Notes: generated by a model not told the origin, from the sequence alone. 64,000 bases of DNA from Candidatus Onthoplasma faecipullorum (GCA_019120295.1 DWVI01000005.1:955-64954); one strand, 5' to 3'; shown: positions 21,149 through 32,694, numbered from the stretch's first letter. Program-made: numbers and translations.

Positions 21149-21622
21149 TTAAATAAGCAAAATTGCAACACCTATCGCAAATAGCAAAGATAGTTTGATA
21201 ATCATTGGGCAAAGTTTATTTTTATCTGCTTCGGCTTTTGTTAACCTATCTGATACTGTAACCAAAAATGAATCTATTTGTGAAATTTCATTCTTGCTAT
21301 CATGCTTTCCTATATTTTTAACAATATCTTCAAGTATTGGTATATCTTCACTATCCAAAGCTTTAATCTTTGATAAATTCAATTCGCCTTTACTTAAATA
21401 ATTCATATATTCGTCTGTAAAAATTTTAAATTGCTTTTTCGAATTGACCTGCTTTAAAAACTCGCTTATTTTTTCACGCTTAAATGAAAGATTTATTTTA
21501 AACTGATTTAAAAAGTTTTTTAAGTTTGAATAAAAGTCAAATTTTTCCTTGTACTGCTCGCTTAAACTATACGCTATTATCATAATCACGCCAATAAGCA
21601 ACGTTATCAATATCCATTTCAT
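21149..21622 (-). CDS. spoIIIAB: Stage III sporulation protein AB
   Basis: The start is trimmed to ATG 21622 (MKWILITLL...), 3 nt after the spoIIIAA stop and preceded by GGGAGAG. TM helices at both the N- and C-termini. Confidence 0.7.
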   Translation of the reverse strand: MKWILITLLIGVIMIIAYSLSEQYKEKFDFYSNLKNFLNQFKINLSFKREKISEFLKQVNSKKQFKIFTDEYMNYLSKGELNLSKIKALDSEDIPILEDIVKNIGKHDSKNEISQIDSFLVTVSDRLTKAEADKNKLCPMIIKLSLLFAIGVAILLI

Positions 21623-21624
21623 TG

Positions 21625-22557
21625 CTACTCTCCCAGCATCAAGCAATTAAAATTTTCGTCATACACACCAACAAGGGTTCCTGGTCCAAATTCATTAGAT
21701 AGCAAAATAAAACGCGAAAAAATCTTTTCGTCCAAAACTTTATCAAAACCTTTTTTCCTTTTTAATTCTTTAAAGTCGCGCGCGTGGATTGTTGCTATTA
21801 TGCTAACTCCACAATTTACCGCTTCAATTAGGTCATTTAGGTCTTTATCAAGGTCAATTTCGTCTGTTACTATCACATCTGGGCACATGCTTCTAATACC
21901 GTTTTTAAAAGCAAAACTTTTGCTACAATTTGTGTATATATCGCAAAAACCACCCAATATAACAGATGGTTCACCATTTATTGAATTTGCAATTTCGTTT
22001 CGTTCATCTGCAATTAACACATTTTTAGTGTTGTTGTGTTCGCTCATTTGAAAAACTAAATCACGCAAAAACGTGGTTTTACCCGCACCCGGTGGAGATA
22101 TTATTAGTGTGTTTTTTACTTGTTCCCCAACGATATAATCATACGCTTTTAAACTACAATTTCTAACGATGTGCGGAATGCGAATATTTGCAGATTGAAA
22201 ATCTTTAATAGTTACGATGTTGCCCTGTTCTTGGACAACTGTTCCTGTTAAGCCTACCCTAATTCCTTTTGGTAAAGTTATAAAGCCATTTATAATGTTA
22301 TCATTATAAGCATAAATGGAATTTTCGCTTGCGCGCGTGATAAAATTATTAAGCATATTTTTATTAACGATAATAAATTCACCGTCGTCATTTTTTAAAT
22401 AATACTTTTTGTTTTTAACGCAAATAATAAGTCGCTCATTAACGCGCATGCGAATTTCGGTTATTTCATTAAAACTGAATGTTTTGACAATTAAATTATA
22501 AATGTCACGTGGTAAATAATCTTTTAACATAACTAAAAATATTAAAAAATCACACAT
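21625..22557 (-). CDS. spoIIIAA: Stage III sporulation protein AA (AAA+/secretion-type ATPase)
   Basis: Walker A SPPGAGKTT, Walker B VIVTDEI, first gene of the operon. The true start may be the internal Met at 22530. Confidence 0.85.
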   Translation of the reverse strand: MCDFLIFLVMLKDYLPRDIYNLIVKTFSFNEITEIRMRVNERLIICVKNKKYYLKNDDGEFIIVNKNMLNNFITRASENSIYAYNDNIINGFITLPKGIRVGLTGTVVQEQGNIVTIKDFQSANIRIPHIVRNCSLKAYDYIVGEQVKNTLIISPPGAGKTTFLRDLVFQMSEHNNTKNVLIADERNEIANSINGEPSVILGGFCDIYTNCSKSFAFKNGIRSMCPDVIVTDEIDLDKDLNDLIEAVNCGVSIIATIHARDFKELKRKKGFDKVLDEKIFSRFILLSNEFGPGTLVGVYDENFNCLMLGE

Positions 22558-22728
22558 AAAATGAGTTAAAATTTTATTTACGGCAACACTTCCATTATTT
22601 CGACTAATTCTCTTATATTCTTAAAAAATTTTGAAAAAATTTAAATTTATATATAAAAAATTGCATTATTATTAAAAAATTTATATAAAAATGTAAAAAC
22701 GACAAAAAAATGAGTAAAATTATGTTAC

Positions 22729-23889
22729 TCATTCTTTATTTGCTTTTTCCGTTTTTCTTTTTGGTTTTCTTTGTTTTTTCTCGCTTTTATTTGGTTTGTT
22801 ATTTATTAAATCATTACTTGTTTCTTTATTGTTATTTGTTGCATTTATAACATTGTTTTCAGTATTTAAAATTTCATAAGTTGAAGCATCTAAAATTTGT
22901 GATGTTTTATTGTTTTCAGTATTGGTGCTTGTGGTTTGCTTTGCTATGCCAATATTCTCGACTGTATTTTGCTCTATTATATTATCAACATTATTTTCAT
23001 TAGAAATAATTTCATTATGATTTTTATCTATTACAATTTTATCATTGTTTTTATCTATTATGATTTCATTATTGTTTTTGTCTAACGAACTTTCACTATT
23101 AGTTGTTTCTATCACAACTTCATTAGTGTTTTGATTTGTTGCGGTAGCGTTAACTTTTTTTCTTTTAAAAATTTTACTTATAAGTATGTCAATTTTATCT
23201 TTAAATTTAACACTCAAATAGAATAGAACCAACATAACAACAATTAAAACGCCCCACACCACAAGCCCCCAACCATGATAAGGTATGATTGCCCCTGAAC
23301 CTAAGTATACAGTACATAGCGTACCTAAACCACGTGCTAAAATATTTGTCCAGAAGAAAAATGGAAAACTCATATTTGTTATACCTGCAACAACGCACAA
23401 TATGTCGTCTGGAAACATTGGGAACAACATCATTAAGAAGAATAAGTATTTTCCGTTAGACAATCTTTTAATCCACATCTCGCCCGCTTCTTTTCCAACC
23501 AACCAATATAAGAATGGGCGTCCTGCTTTCCTACCTATCCAAAACATTATAATGCTACCAATCATTATGGCTATGTAACTCATTAAAAATGCTTGCCAAC
23601 GCCCAAATATCACCGCACCTGCGATTGTTACGAACATAGCAGGAATTTGTAAAACAGTTGTTTGCAAAATTTGAAACACAATGAAAATTATAAAACTAAA
23701 TGCTCCACCGCGCGCCACAATATCGCGAATTTTATCTATTGAATTAACTTTTTCCCAAAGACCAGTCCATCTCAAAATAAAATAACATAGCACAAATATA
23801 ACAGTTAAAATTATAAGAAAAAGAAGCGTACGCATTATTTTGCCACGCGTGGTTTTTGTATCAAAAAAGTTTTTTATTTTTTCCTTCAT
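22729..23889 (-). CDS. TVP38/TMEM64 (DedA-related) membrane protein with an Asn/Lys-rich C-terminal extension
   Basis: Polytopic N-terminal 240 aa with the F/LFPMFPDD motif. The C-terminal 145 aa or so is low-complexity (NNNEIIIDKNNDKIVIDKNHNEII...). Confidence 0.7.
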   Translation of the reverse strand: MKEKIKNFFDTKTTRGKIMRTLLFLIILTVIFVLCYFILRWTGLWEKVNSIDKIRDIVARGGAFSFIIFIVFQILQTTVLQIPAMFVTIAGAVIFGRWQAFLMSYIAIMIGSIIMFWIGRKAGRPFLYWLVGKEAGEMWIKRLSNGKYLFFLMMLFPMFPDDILCVVAGITNMSFPFFFWTNILARGLGTLCTVYLGSGAIIPYHGWGLVVWGVLIVVMLVLFYLSVKFKDKIDILISKIFKRKKVNATATNQNTNEVVIETTNSESSLDKNNNEIIIDKNNDKIVIDKNHNEIISNENNVDNIIEQNTVENIGIAKQTTSTNTENNKTSQILDASTYEILNTENNVINATNNNKETSNDLINNKPNKSEKKQRKPKRKTEKANKE

Positions 23890-24148
23890 ACTATTTTTAA
23901 AATTATTTTATGTTAGATTTAATTTTATTATACTAAAATAATTCGCTAGACGTCAAGATTTATATATCTAAAATTATTTTTTAAATTAAAAGTTTATATG
24001 ATTTTTTAATATAAAAAATAAAAAAAATAATAAAAAGTTAGAAAATTCCTAATTTTTTATTATTTTTAGTTAAATTTTTATAAAATTTTGTGTTTTTTGT
24101 AATTTTTTATTATTCTATTTAATTTTATGAAAATTTTATAAACTAAAT

Positions 24149-25558
24149 TTATTTAATAGTGTCTATTTTAATTAAATTCGTGCAACCATTTTGTTTTGGT
24201 GTGCCACAAGTTATAACTATTCTATCACCTTTTTTTGCAACTTTTAAATCTTTCACAATTTTGTTTGCAATTTCAAACATTTCGTCTGTTGTGTTGTAAA
24301 TCGGTGTTAAAACTGGTCTAACTCCCCAACGAAGTTCAAGTTGACGGTATGTTTTTTCATTAGGTGTGGCACCTAAAATTTCAACAGCCGGTCTTAGCCT
24401 ACTTATCATTTGTGCGCTCATTCCTTCACTTGTGAACACAACTATTGCTTGCGTTTTTTGTTGGAAACTTGCGTCCACTGCGCTATGGCTAATCACATCG
24501 GTTGTGTTAGTTAAAGTGAAATGCTCTGAATCAAATCTACCAGCATAGTTGATATTTTTTTCTGTTTCAAGGGCAATTTTATGCATAGTTCTGACCGCTT
24601 CAACAGGGAATTTTCCTGATGCCGTTTCCCCAGATAACATTATAGCGCTTGTTCCGTCATAGACCGCATTTGCAACATCGCTAACTTCTGCACGAGTTGG
24701 ACGATTGTTTGTTATCATGCTTTCCAACATTTCAGTTGCAATAATTACAGATTTGCCAATTTGGCGGGTTTTTTTAATCATGCACTTTTGAATTTCTGGC
24801 AATTTTTCAACTGGAAGTTCAACCCCTAAATCGCCACGTGCAACCATAAGAGCATCAGCGGTTTTTACTATTTCGTCTAAATTATCTACGCCGCGTTGGC
24901 TCTCAATTTTGGCAATAATTTTCATATTTCCGCCATTGTTTTCAATAAATTTTCGCAAAACCATGACGTCTTCTTTCGAATTTACAAAACTTGCAGCGAT
25001 TAGGTCAATATCATTTTTTATGCCCCATAAAACGTCTTGTTTGTCCGCATCGTTTAAATATGGAGTGTTAAATTTAATATTTGGAACGCTTAAACTTTTT
25101 CTATTTGATAAAACGCCTGAATTTTGCGCTTTCGTGATTAAATCGCCTTCGATTTTATCTAACACTTTAAATGTAAGCAGACCATTGACTGCTAAAATTT
25201 TATCGCCAACTTTTATTGCTTCAACCAATTTAGGTAGATTTAAACTAACTTGATTTTCGTCGCCTATAATATCTCGCGCCGTAAATATAAAGGTTTGACC
25301 CTTTTTGATTTCAACTGAACCTTCTTTAAATGTTTTAACTCGAAGTTCAGGTCCGCGCGTGTCAAGCATAATTGGAAGTGGAACTTTTAATTCTTTCCTT
25401 ATTCTCTTAACATTTTTTAAAATGGTTTCCATATCCTTTATTTTTGCGTGTGATAAATTTATGCGTGCAATATTCATACCCGCTTGAACCAAATTTTTCA
25501 TTACACTATACTCCATGCAAGCCGGTCCAATTGTGCCAATTATCTTTGTTTTTCTCAT
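24149..25558 (-). CDS. pyk: Pyruvate kinase
   Basis: MRKTKIIGTIGPA, MVARGDLGVE and the domain order are typical; 469 aa. Confidence 0.95.
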   Translation of the reverse strand: MRKTKIIGTIGPACMEYSVMKNLVQAGMNIARINLSHAKIKDMETILKNVKRIRKELKVPLPIMLDTRGPELRVKTFKEGSVEIKKGQTFIFTARDIIGDENQVSLNLPKLVEAIKVGDKILAVNGLLTFKVLDKIEGDLITKAQNSGVLSNRKSLSVPNIKFNTPYLNDADKQDVLWGIKNDIDLIAASFVNSKEDVMVLRKFIENNGGNMKIIAKIESQRGVDNLDEIVKTADALMVARGDLGVELPVEKLPEIQKCMIKKTRQIGKSVIIATEMLESMITNNRPTRAEVSDVANAVYDGTSAIMLSGETASGKFPVEAVRTMHKIALETEKNINYAGRFDSEHFTLTNTTDVISHSAVDASFQQKTQAIVVFTSEGMSAQMISRLRPAVEILGATPNEKTYRQLELRWGVRPVLTPIYNTTDEMFEIANKIVKDLKVAKKGDRIVITCGTPKQNGCTNLIKIDTIK

Positions 25559-25800
25559 ACTACCCTTAATCCTTTTTAATTTAAAAATTTTGTTTTATAA
25601 AAATTTATTATTATTTTTATTATACCACAATTATAAAAATTTCCAAACAATTTGATTTATCTTTATGTACTTAAATAAAAATTGATTATTATATTAACAA
25701 AGTATAATTTTTAATGCACAATTAAATTGAAATAAAAAGTAAACAAAAATTCAATCAAATAATGATTGAATTTTTAATATAAATCTAACAAATGTTAATT

Positions 25801-28800
25801 TTACTTACCTTTTAACTGATTAAACGAATCTGTGAAGCCCTTTCTACGAAGAATTTTTAATCTAATACGCAAAACTATTCTTATAATTAACAATATAAAC
25901 AAACCAACAGCAACGATTATTATAAATATATCAGTGGTAGATATTTGAATTGTAACAACTCCGCCAATAAATTCAACATCATAATTTTCGTTACTAAAAG
26001 TTGCAGTTAATTCAAATTCACTACCAATGTTGGAATACCAATTAGCAGATGAAGAAATAACTATATTTAAATTATCTCCATTTACTATGCTACCTTCAAC
26101 AACTTCATAATCATTTTGATTTATTTCATATTCAAAAAATCTTTTTACATTTTGGTCTAATAAATCTATTGTAATTTTACGTTTTTCAATTGAATAAACA
26201 CCATTAACAAAATTTGCATCATAATTTATATTATTGCAAACACCACTTATAGTATAATCGCCAATATTGCTAGTTTGAGTTGCGTTTACAGACAATGTAA
26301 CATTTAAATTTTCCTTACTTGCTAAATCGTCTCCATTGATTTCGTATAGATTATGGTCTAACATTATTGTATCACCATAAATTCCAGATTGATTTTCTAT
26401 TATTATTTCAATCTGTTTTGGCTGAATAATATATCTACCATTTATTGCTTCCACATCATAATTACCGTTGTTACATAAATAATTTATAGGATAATTTCCA
26501 ACACCGCTATTTTGCGTTAAGTCTATACTTAAAGAAATATTTAAGTCGTCACCTTCAACAATAGCATATCCAGGAAGAATTCTCCACCCCACATCTAACA
26601 GATTATGTTCATCATGATATGTTGCAGTTTTATTATCTATCTCAATCAATATATATCTTGGTAAAATAGTGTATACACCTGGAACATAATCGATATTATA
26701 ATTTGAATTATTGTAACCAGACATTACAATATCATATCCAGTTTCTAGCACATCACTTGTGCTTGTTGCATTCGTTGTTAAATTTATATTTAAATCAGCG
26801 CTTGTGTCATTATACGCTAAGGTTGAATTTTCATTTAGTGAGAAAGTTAATGCAGATAATTGGTCACCATAATTACTTGAAACATCATTTATTTCTATCA
26901 ATATAGATTTTGGTTGAATTAAGTATGTGGCAACATTTGAAGTTATAGTGTAGTTTTCATTTGAATACTCATTTAAATAAATATCATATTCTCCAACATT
27001 TCTATTTGTTTCAGCCCCGGTTGAAAGAACAATATTTAATTCATCTAAATCGTCGCAACTAGCAAGTGTGTAGCCATCAGAAAGTGAGAATGTTAAATTT
27101 TGCATATTATCACCATAAGTTGCTATAATATTGTTTATATCTATTTCAATTTGCCTTGGGATTATAACATAACTAGCATTTTCACATAAAATTAAATAAT
27201 TTTTGTTGTAATCATCATTTAAACTAATTTCATAATCACCAACACTATAATTTAACTGTGCGTTGACCGTTAAATTTACGCCTAAGTCAGTCAACTCGTC
27301 ACCGCTTGCTAATGTGTAACCTTCTTTAATTTTGAATGATAATTGACTTATTTCTTCTCCATAAATACTACTTGCATTGTTTATTTCAATTTCAATTGTT
27401 CTAGGTGTTATTGTCAATTTACCTGTGTTGAAAGTTATTAAATAATTTTGATTGCTATAATTATTTAAATTTATTTCATAATCTCCAACCGGCGAATTTG
27501 CTTGTGCGTCTGTTGAAAAATTTAAACCTAAATCGTCGTTATTAACAACATTGTTGTAAGTTACATCATATTCATTGTTATTTAAATTTAGAACATCGCC
27601 ATATTCAAATGTTTGATTTGTCGTTAACGTAATTTGCCTTTTTGTTATAACAAAAGAACTATTAGAAGATAGTGTTATATTATAGTTTTGATTGTAACTT
27701 TGAAGTGTTAAATCATAACTTCCAACTCGACTTGAACTATTAGCAGATGTTGTAAACACGAGATTTAAATCATCATTATTTACAATATTTCCAACTAAAA
27801 CTTCATATTGTTCAACATTAAAAGTTGGTGTGTTACCATACTCACCAGTTTGATTAGACGAGATAGTTAATGGTCTACTATTAACAACATAACTACTATT
27901 TGACAATGTAATATCATAATTTTTATTGCAACTTGCTAGTGAAATATTATAACTACCAACAATGCTTTCATTTGTCGCATTAGTAGTAAATACTAGTTCT
28001 AAGTTGTCATTATTTACAATTTCACCAGTTAGCAATGAATATGAATTATCCAAAATAGGTTCATCACCATATGTACCATTCTGATTAGTTGATATTGTTA
28101 TTTCACGGGCTACAATATTAAGATTACCTGTGTTAAATGTTATATCATAATTTTGATTGGTGAAACTTACTAAATCAATAGAATAGTTACCTACTGAACT
28201 ATAGATTTTTGCATCTGTATAATAGTTTAACCCTAAATCATCACCTGAAACAACTTCACCTTGTAAGACATTATAAGTGCTATTTAATAAAATATCATTA
28301 CCATAGGTCAATGTTTGATTTGTAGTGATAATAATTGGACGTTTTTCTATCGTATAACTGCTATCTTCTGAAATTGTAACATTATAATTGTTATTACAAC
28401 CAGTTATTATAACATTATATTTTCCGATTGAACTTTCAGTTGTTGCATTTGTTTCTAAAGTCAATTCTAAATCATCATTGTTTTTTATCTCACCTTCCGA
28501 AATGGAATAATTATCATTATCAAGTGTATGTTGATAGCCATATACACCAGATTGTGTGGTAGCAATTTCTATATCCCTTTTTTGTATTGTAAGAGTTGCC
28601 GGTGCAAAATTTAAAGAATAATTTTCATTATTTGAAATTGCGGTAATATTATAAATTCCAACGTTGCTTTTATTTGTTGCATCTGTTAACAACTCAATAC
28701 TATAAATTGATAAGTTTACATCTTCACCGTCAATTCTAACATAATCGTTTAGAATAATATCGTCACCATAAGTAAATTCCTGGTTGTAAATTGTAAGGTA

Positions 28801-31800
28801 AATTATTTGACCAACAATTTTTAGCACACCTTCACTCAAACTCACATCATAGTTACTATTGTTGAATGTCATTATAATAGGATAATCTCCAATAGGACTA
28901 TTTTGCGTTGCAGAAGTGTTAAAGACTATATTTAGATTTCTATCTTCCCCTGCATAAGAGCCCGATTGAATATCAAAGTCGTTATTATCTAAAACGATAG
29001 GACTTCCAAATTCAATTTCTTGATATGTTGAAATTGTTAGTTTGCGTTTTTGTATAAAGCAAGTCCCAGATGTTATGCTAACATTATAATTTTGATTATT
29101 ACTCTCTGCTGTTATTTCATATTCGCCAACATCGTAAAACCCAAACTGATTTATTTGTGGTAAATTTATACTATAATCAAGGTTTAAATTATCATTTTGA
29201 ATAACCGTTCCATTTGTTAGCCTATAACTAATCTCACCATCTAAAACCGGTTGACCATATTCGATTTCTATATTGTTTATTGTTATTTGCACCGACCTAG
29301 GAGTGATATTGTATGAGCCATTGTTTATTGTTATATTATAATTTTTACTTGTGCTAGTGGTCGCAGTTATATCATACATACCAACACCTGTTGTTGAAGT
29401 AACCGCACAAGTTGGATACACTTCAACAAAATTAATCAAGTCGGGCAAGTTAACTATTTCACCTTCTGAGTACAATGTGTAAGTCAACTCGACCACCGAA
29501 TTTCCATAGGTACTTGTTTTATCGTCCATGTCTATTGTTACATTGCGCGGATTTATAATAATTGTGCTGCTAGTTAGAGTTATATTGTAATAATCATCAT
29601 TTTCAGTGAGAGTTATGCAATCGTCATACGTCCCAACATCTGAATTTGAATTTATATTTGTTGAAAAGGTGACAGATATTTCGTCGCCATATAACACGGA
29701 TAAACTATCTTCTGCTAGTGAAAAGTTTGTGTTATCTAATATAATGTCGTCTCCATAAACAAAAGTTTGCGTTGTTATAATTGAAATAGGTCTTTCTAAA
29801 ATAGTAAAAATACCCAATGTAGATGTTACATTGTAATTAGTATTAGCGCTTGAAAAAGTTATATAATATCTTCCTGGAATATCGTTTTCATCTGCATTAA
29901 CAATCAAATCAATGTTTAAATTATCATTATTTACAACGCTTCCATTTCCAATAGTATAGGCTAAATTGTCATCAGTGATAACTTCGCCATACACCCCTTC
30001 TCTATCATTGATTATAATGTGTATATTGCGCTTTGTTATTGAGTAGGTGCTTGTGGAATCAACAGATATGTCATAATCAGAATTTGAACACGTTACATTT
30101 AAAACAAAATTTGTATAGTTGCCAACATGAGTGGCTGAATTTATAATGTTTGAATTTAATGTTACATCTATTGATACATTATCTCCTGTAAGAATATCAT
30201 ATTCACCTGTTACAACATAATCGCTTGATGTTACGCTAGTGGACGGAACATCTCCGTATACGCTAGACTTCTCTATTCTAATAATAATTGGACGTTTTAT
30301 AACTATGTAATCACCTGGAACAATAGTTGCCGAATAATTATTGTTTCTTATTGTCGCAGAAATTGCATTTGAATATGTCCCAACATGTGTCAATGATGAT
30401 ACAGTTTCGTCTATTTGATAAGATATGTTTAAACTTGATATTGTGTCATTATTCACTAGACCAGTTACGCTAGATGTACAATTATTTATGTTTGGCTCAA
30501 CTCCGTATACTTCCTGAACATCTGATATGGTTATTGTGATTGATTTTGCAGTTATTGTGTAAGTCCCATTTGAAAAAGATAGATTGTAGTTTTTGTTGGT
30601 CCAGGTGGCGGTTATAGGATATGAACCAACGTTGCTTGTTCTGGTTGCTGTGGTTGTAAGAGATAAGCCAAGAGACGATGAACTTTCACCTGATGCATAT
30701 GAACCAGAAATTCTTGACCATGTTAAACTTTTAATATTTTCGCCATACACACTGGACTGATTGCTAATTGAAATGCCAATATTTATAGGGTTTATAGTTA
30801 ACTTTGCCGAACCATAAGTTGTAGAATAATTGTTGTCGCTAGGTGTTATTCTAAAATATACAGTCATATTATTAACAGCGTTTTTAAAAGCATCATTAAA
30901 AACCGACGAAGTGATATCTGTGTAATAATTAGAAACACCATCTATTCTATAAGAAATTTCACAAGAAATTGCTGTGTTTATTGTAACGCTTATGTTATGA
31001 TAACTTCCATCATATGTTACAGTTGTGTTACTAGCCGAATAGTTTATATCACCCAATGCGCTACTTAAACAAAGCATACCCCAACCAAATGATGTATCTT
31101 TACCCACTGCGCCAATATCTTCGGTTAAATCGTATAGGCGATTTTCTATAATTGTGGTTGAATAAGTTGAATTGTCATACTGTGGGTCTAGACAAAGCAA
31201 TGCAATAACCGCCGCAACATGTGGAGCCGCCATAGACGTACCAGACATACTAACAGTTCCACCGTTTAAACGAGCAGATATAATTGATGTGCCAGGAGCA
31301 GTTATATCAACTGTACTACCGTAATTTGATGTTGTGTTTAAAATTTTATCTTGTGTCATATTAGAAACAACAACAGCAGAATCTGTGCAACATGCCGGAA
31401 AATAATTTGCTGTATTGTCCGATTCGTTGCCTGCTGCAACCACGGATAGTGCATTATGAACTGTTTTTATTGAATTAAAGGCATTATCAAATTCAACTTT
31501 CGCATTAGCGTAATTATCTCCACTTATACTCATATTAACTGCCACTATGTCATATTCTGTTAAATTTGATATATATTCAAGCGCATCAATCATATAGGTG
31601 GAATAACCCCTACCTTCTGAATTTAACACTTTTATTGGCAAAATTTTTACATTATCTGGCGTTAAATCACATATAATACCTGAAACGTGAGTGCCATGTC
31701 CATCATCATCTTCAAATGAAGTGCTAGAATCATTTAAAAACCTTGCTCCAACAATTTGATTGTTAGAATTTCTTAATAATCTATTGGTAAACATTTCGTG

Positions 31801-32499
31801 GTCCGAGTCTATTCCTGAGTCCAACACTGCAACTACCACTGTTTTGTTTTGATTAGTTTCTATATAGTTGTAATATGAATCAATATTGATATAATTAGAC
31901 CCCGCACCCCAAGATAGATATGTGTTTGCACTTTCAATAGTGGCGGTGGAATAAATTACTGTATCTGCGCTTACATTTAAATTTTTTTGCTCAGATAATT
32001 TATTGTAACCATATTCAGTTTGCTCAATAGTTTCATATTCGAGAATTGTGTAATCTTTATAACCTGTAACCACATTAGAAGCATTGTAATTTTCTTCAAC
32101 TTCCCCACCTGTTACCACTAAACGTTTTAACCCAAAATGTTTGTCAAAATGATAATGTTCACCATCAAAATGTACACTGTATCCCAACGCATCACAAATC
32201 TCTTTTATTTCTTCATATTCAAGAGCACTTTCATCGTTTGAAGCATATGTAACCGCACCAAAGTTTAATGCTTTGCTAAGGTCTGAAAAAGATAAATCAT
32301 CTTCAAGCACTATTGACTCATAATTGTCATCAGCATATAAGTTTTTTAATTGGTCACTAAATTCTTCATATGAAATTTTATCATTATCAATTTTGTTATA
32401 ACAGAATGTAGAAGATAAACCAGAAAAAGAAAAAATTATAGTGATTAAAATAATCCCAATTAATAAAAATCTTAAATTAGAATTTAAACTAGAACGCAT
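25801..32499 (-). CDS. Giant cell-anchored subtilisin-like (S8) serine protease with about 20 tandem MBG-type repeats
   Basis: Signal peptide and the S8 triad motifs VAVLDSGID, DGHGTHVSG and SGTSMAAPHVAA. These are followed by roughly 75-80-aa repeats (...YG....L.......VG.Y.I......NYN(I/V)....G...I..R) and a C-terminal TM anchor (IFIIIVAVGLFILLIIRIVL). Confidence 0.85.
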   Translation of the reverse strand: MRSSLNSNLRFLLIGIILITIIFSFSGLSSTFCYNKIDNDKISYEEFSDQLKNLYADDNYESIVLEDDLSFSDLSKALNFGAVTYASNDESALEYEEIKEICDALGYSVHFDGEHYHFDKHFGLKRLVVTGGEVEENYNASNVVTGYKDYTILEYETIEQTEYGYNKLSEQKNLNVSADTVIYSTATIESANTYLSWGAGSNYINIDSYYNYIETNQNKTVVVAVLDSGIDSDHEMFTNRLLRNSNNQIVGARFLNDSSTSFEDDDGHGTHVSGIICDLTPDNVKILPIKVLNSEGRGYSTYMIDALEYISNLTEYDIVAVNMSISGDNYANAKVEFDNAFNSIKTVHNALSVVAAGNESDNTANYFPACCTDSAVVVSNMTQDKILNTTSNYGSTVDITAPGTSIISARLNGGTVSMSGTSMAAPHVAAVIALLCLDPQYDNSTYSTTIIENRLYDLTEDIGAVGKDTSFGWGMLCLSSALGDINYSASNTTVTYDGSYHNISVTINTAISCEISYRIDGVSNYYTDITSSVFNDAFKNAVNNMTVYFRITPSDNNYSTTYGSAKLTINPINIGISISNQSSVYGENIKSLTWSRISGSYASGESSSSLGLSLTTTATRTSNVGSYPITATWTNKNYNLSFSNGTYTITAKSITITISDVQEVYGVEPNINNCTSSVTGLVNNDTISSLNISYQIDETVSSLTHVGTYSNAISATIRNNNYSATIVPGDYIVIKRPIIIRIEKSSVYGDVPSTSVTSSDYVVTGEYDILTGDNVSIDVTLNSNIINSATHVGNYTNFVLNVTCSNSDYDISVDSTSTYSITKRNIHIIINDREGVYGEVITDDNLAYTIGNGSVVNNDNLNIDLIVNADENDIPGRYYITFSSANTNYNVTSTLGIFTILERPISIITTQTFVYGDDIILDNTNFSLAEDSLSVLYGDEISVTFSTNINSNSDVGTYDDCITLTENDDYYNITLTSSTIIINPRNVTIDMDDKTSTYGNSVVELTYTLYSEGEIVNLPDLINFVEVYPTCAVTSTTGVGMYDITATTSTSKNYNITINNGSYNITPRSVQITINNIEIEYGQPVLDGEISYRLTNGTVIQNDNLNLDYSINLPQINQFGFYDVGEYEITAESNNQNYNVSITSGTCFIQKRKLTISTYQEIEFGSPIVLDNNDFDIQSGSYAGEDRNLNIVFNTSATQNSPIGDYPIIMTFNNSNYDVSLSEGVLKIVGQIIYLTIYNQEFTYGDDIILNDYVRIDGEDVNLSIYSIELLTDATNKSNVGIYNITAISNNENYSLNFAPATLTIQKRDIEIATTQSGVYGYQHTLDNDNYSISEGEIKNNDDLELTLETNATTESSIGKYNVIITGCNNNYNVTISEDSSYTIEKRPIIITTNQTLTYGNDILLNSTYNVLQGEVVSGDDLGLNYYTDAKIYSSVGNYSIDLVSFTNQNYDITFNTGNLNIVAREITISTNQNGTYGDEPILDNSYSLLTGEIVNNDNLELVFTTNATNESIVGSYNISLASCNKNYDITLSNSSYVVNSRPLTISSNQTGEYGNTPTFNVEQYEVLVGNIVNNDDLNLVFTTSANSSSRVGSYDLTLQSYNQNYNITLSSNSSFVITKRQITLTTNQTFEYGDVLNLNNNEYDVTYNNVVNNDDLGLNFSTDAQANSPVGDYEINLNNYSNQNYLITFNTGKLTITPRTIEIEINNASSIYGEEISQLSFKIKEGYTLASGDELTDLGVNLTVNAQLNYSVGDYEISLNDDYNKNYLILCENASYVIIPRQIEIDINNIIATYGDNMQNLTFSLSDGYTLASCDDLDELNIVLSTGAETNRNVGEYDIYLNEYSNENYTITSNVATYLIQPKSILIEINDVSSNYGDQLSALTFSLNENSTLAYNDTSADLNINLTTNATSTSDVLETGYDIVMSGYNNSNYNIDYVPGVYTILPRYILIEIDNKTATYHDEHNLLDVGWRILPGYAIVEGDDLNISLSIDLTQNSGVGNYPINYLCNNGNYDVEAINGRYIIQPKQIEIIIENQSGIYGDTIMLDHNLYEINGDDLASKENLNVTLSVNATQTSNIGDYTISGVCNNINYDANFVNGVYSIEKRKITIDLLDQNVKRFFEYEINQNDYEVVEGSIVNGDNLNIVISSSANWYSNIGSEFELTATFSNENYDVEFIGGVVTIQISTTDIFIIIVAVGLFILLIIRIVLRIRLKILRRKGFTDSFNQLKGK

Positions 32500-32694
32500 A
32501 GAACATTATAATTTTAAATTTTTACAATTATTTTGTCAAATAATATCAAATAAATGCAATTTTCAAAGTTTAAAGAAATAAAACAAAAAAAATTATAAAA
32601 TTTTAAGAAAAACGCACAAAAAACTTAAATTTTTTGCATTTTTAACATATTTTTCTTATTTTTTAAAAATTTTTTATAAAATTTATATAATGCT

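Noticed and set aside
25801-32499. Periodic repetition at the DNA level, considered as a CRISPR array or tandem satellite
   Set aside because: The repeats are about 230 bp, divergent, in a single continuous reading frame, and correspond to protein domains. There is no short-repeat/unique-spacer structure anywhere in the window.
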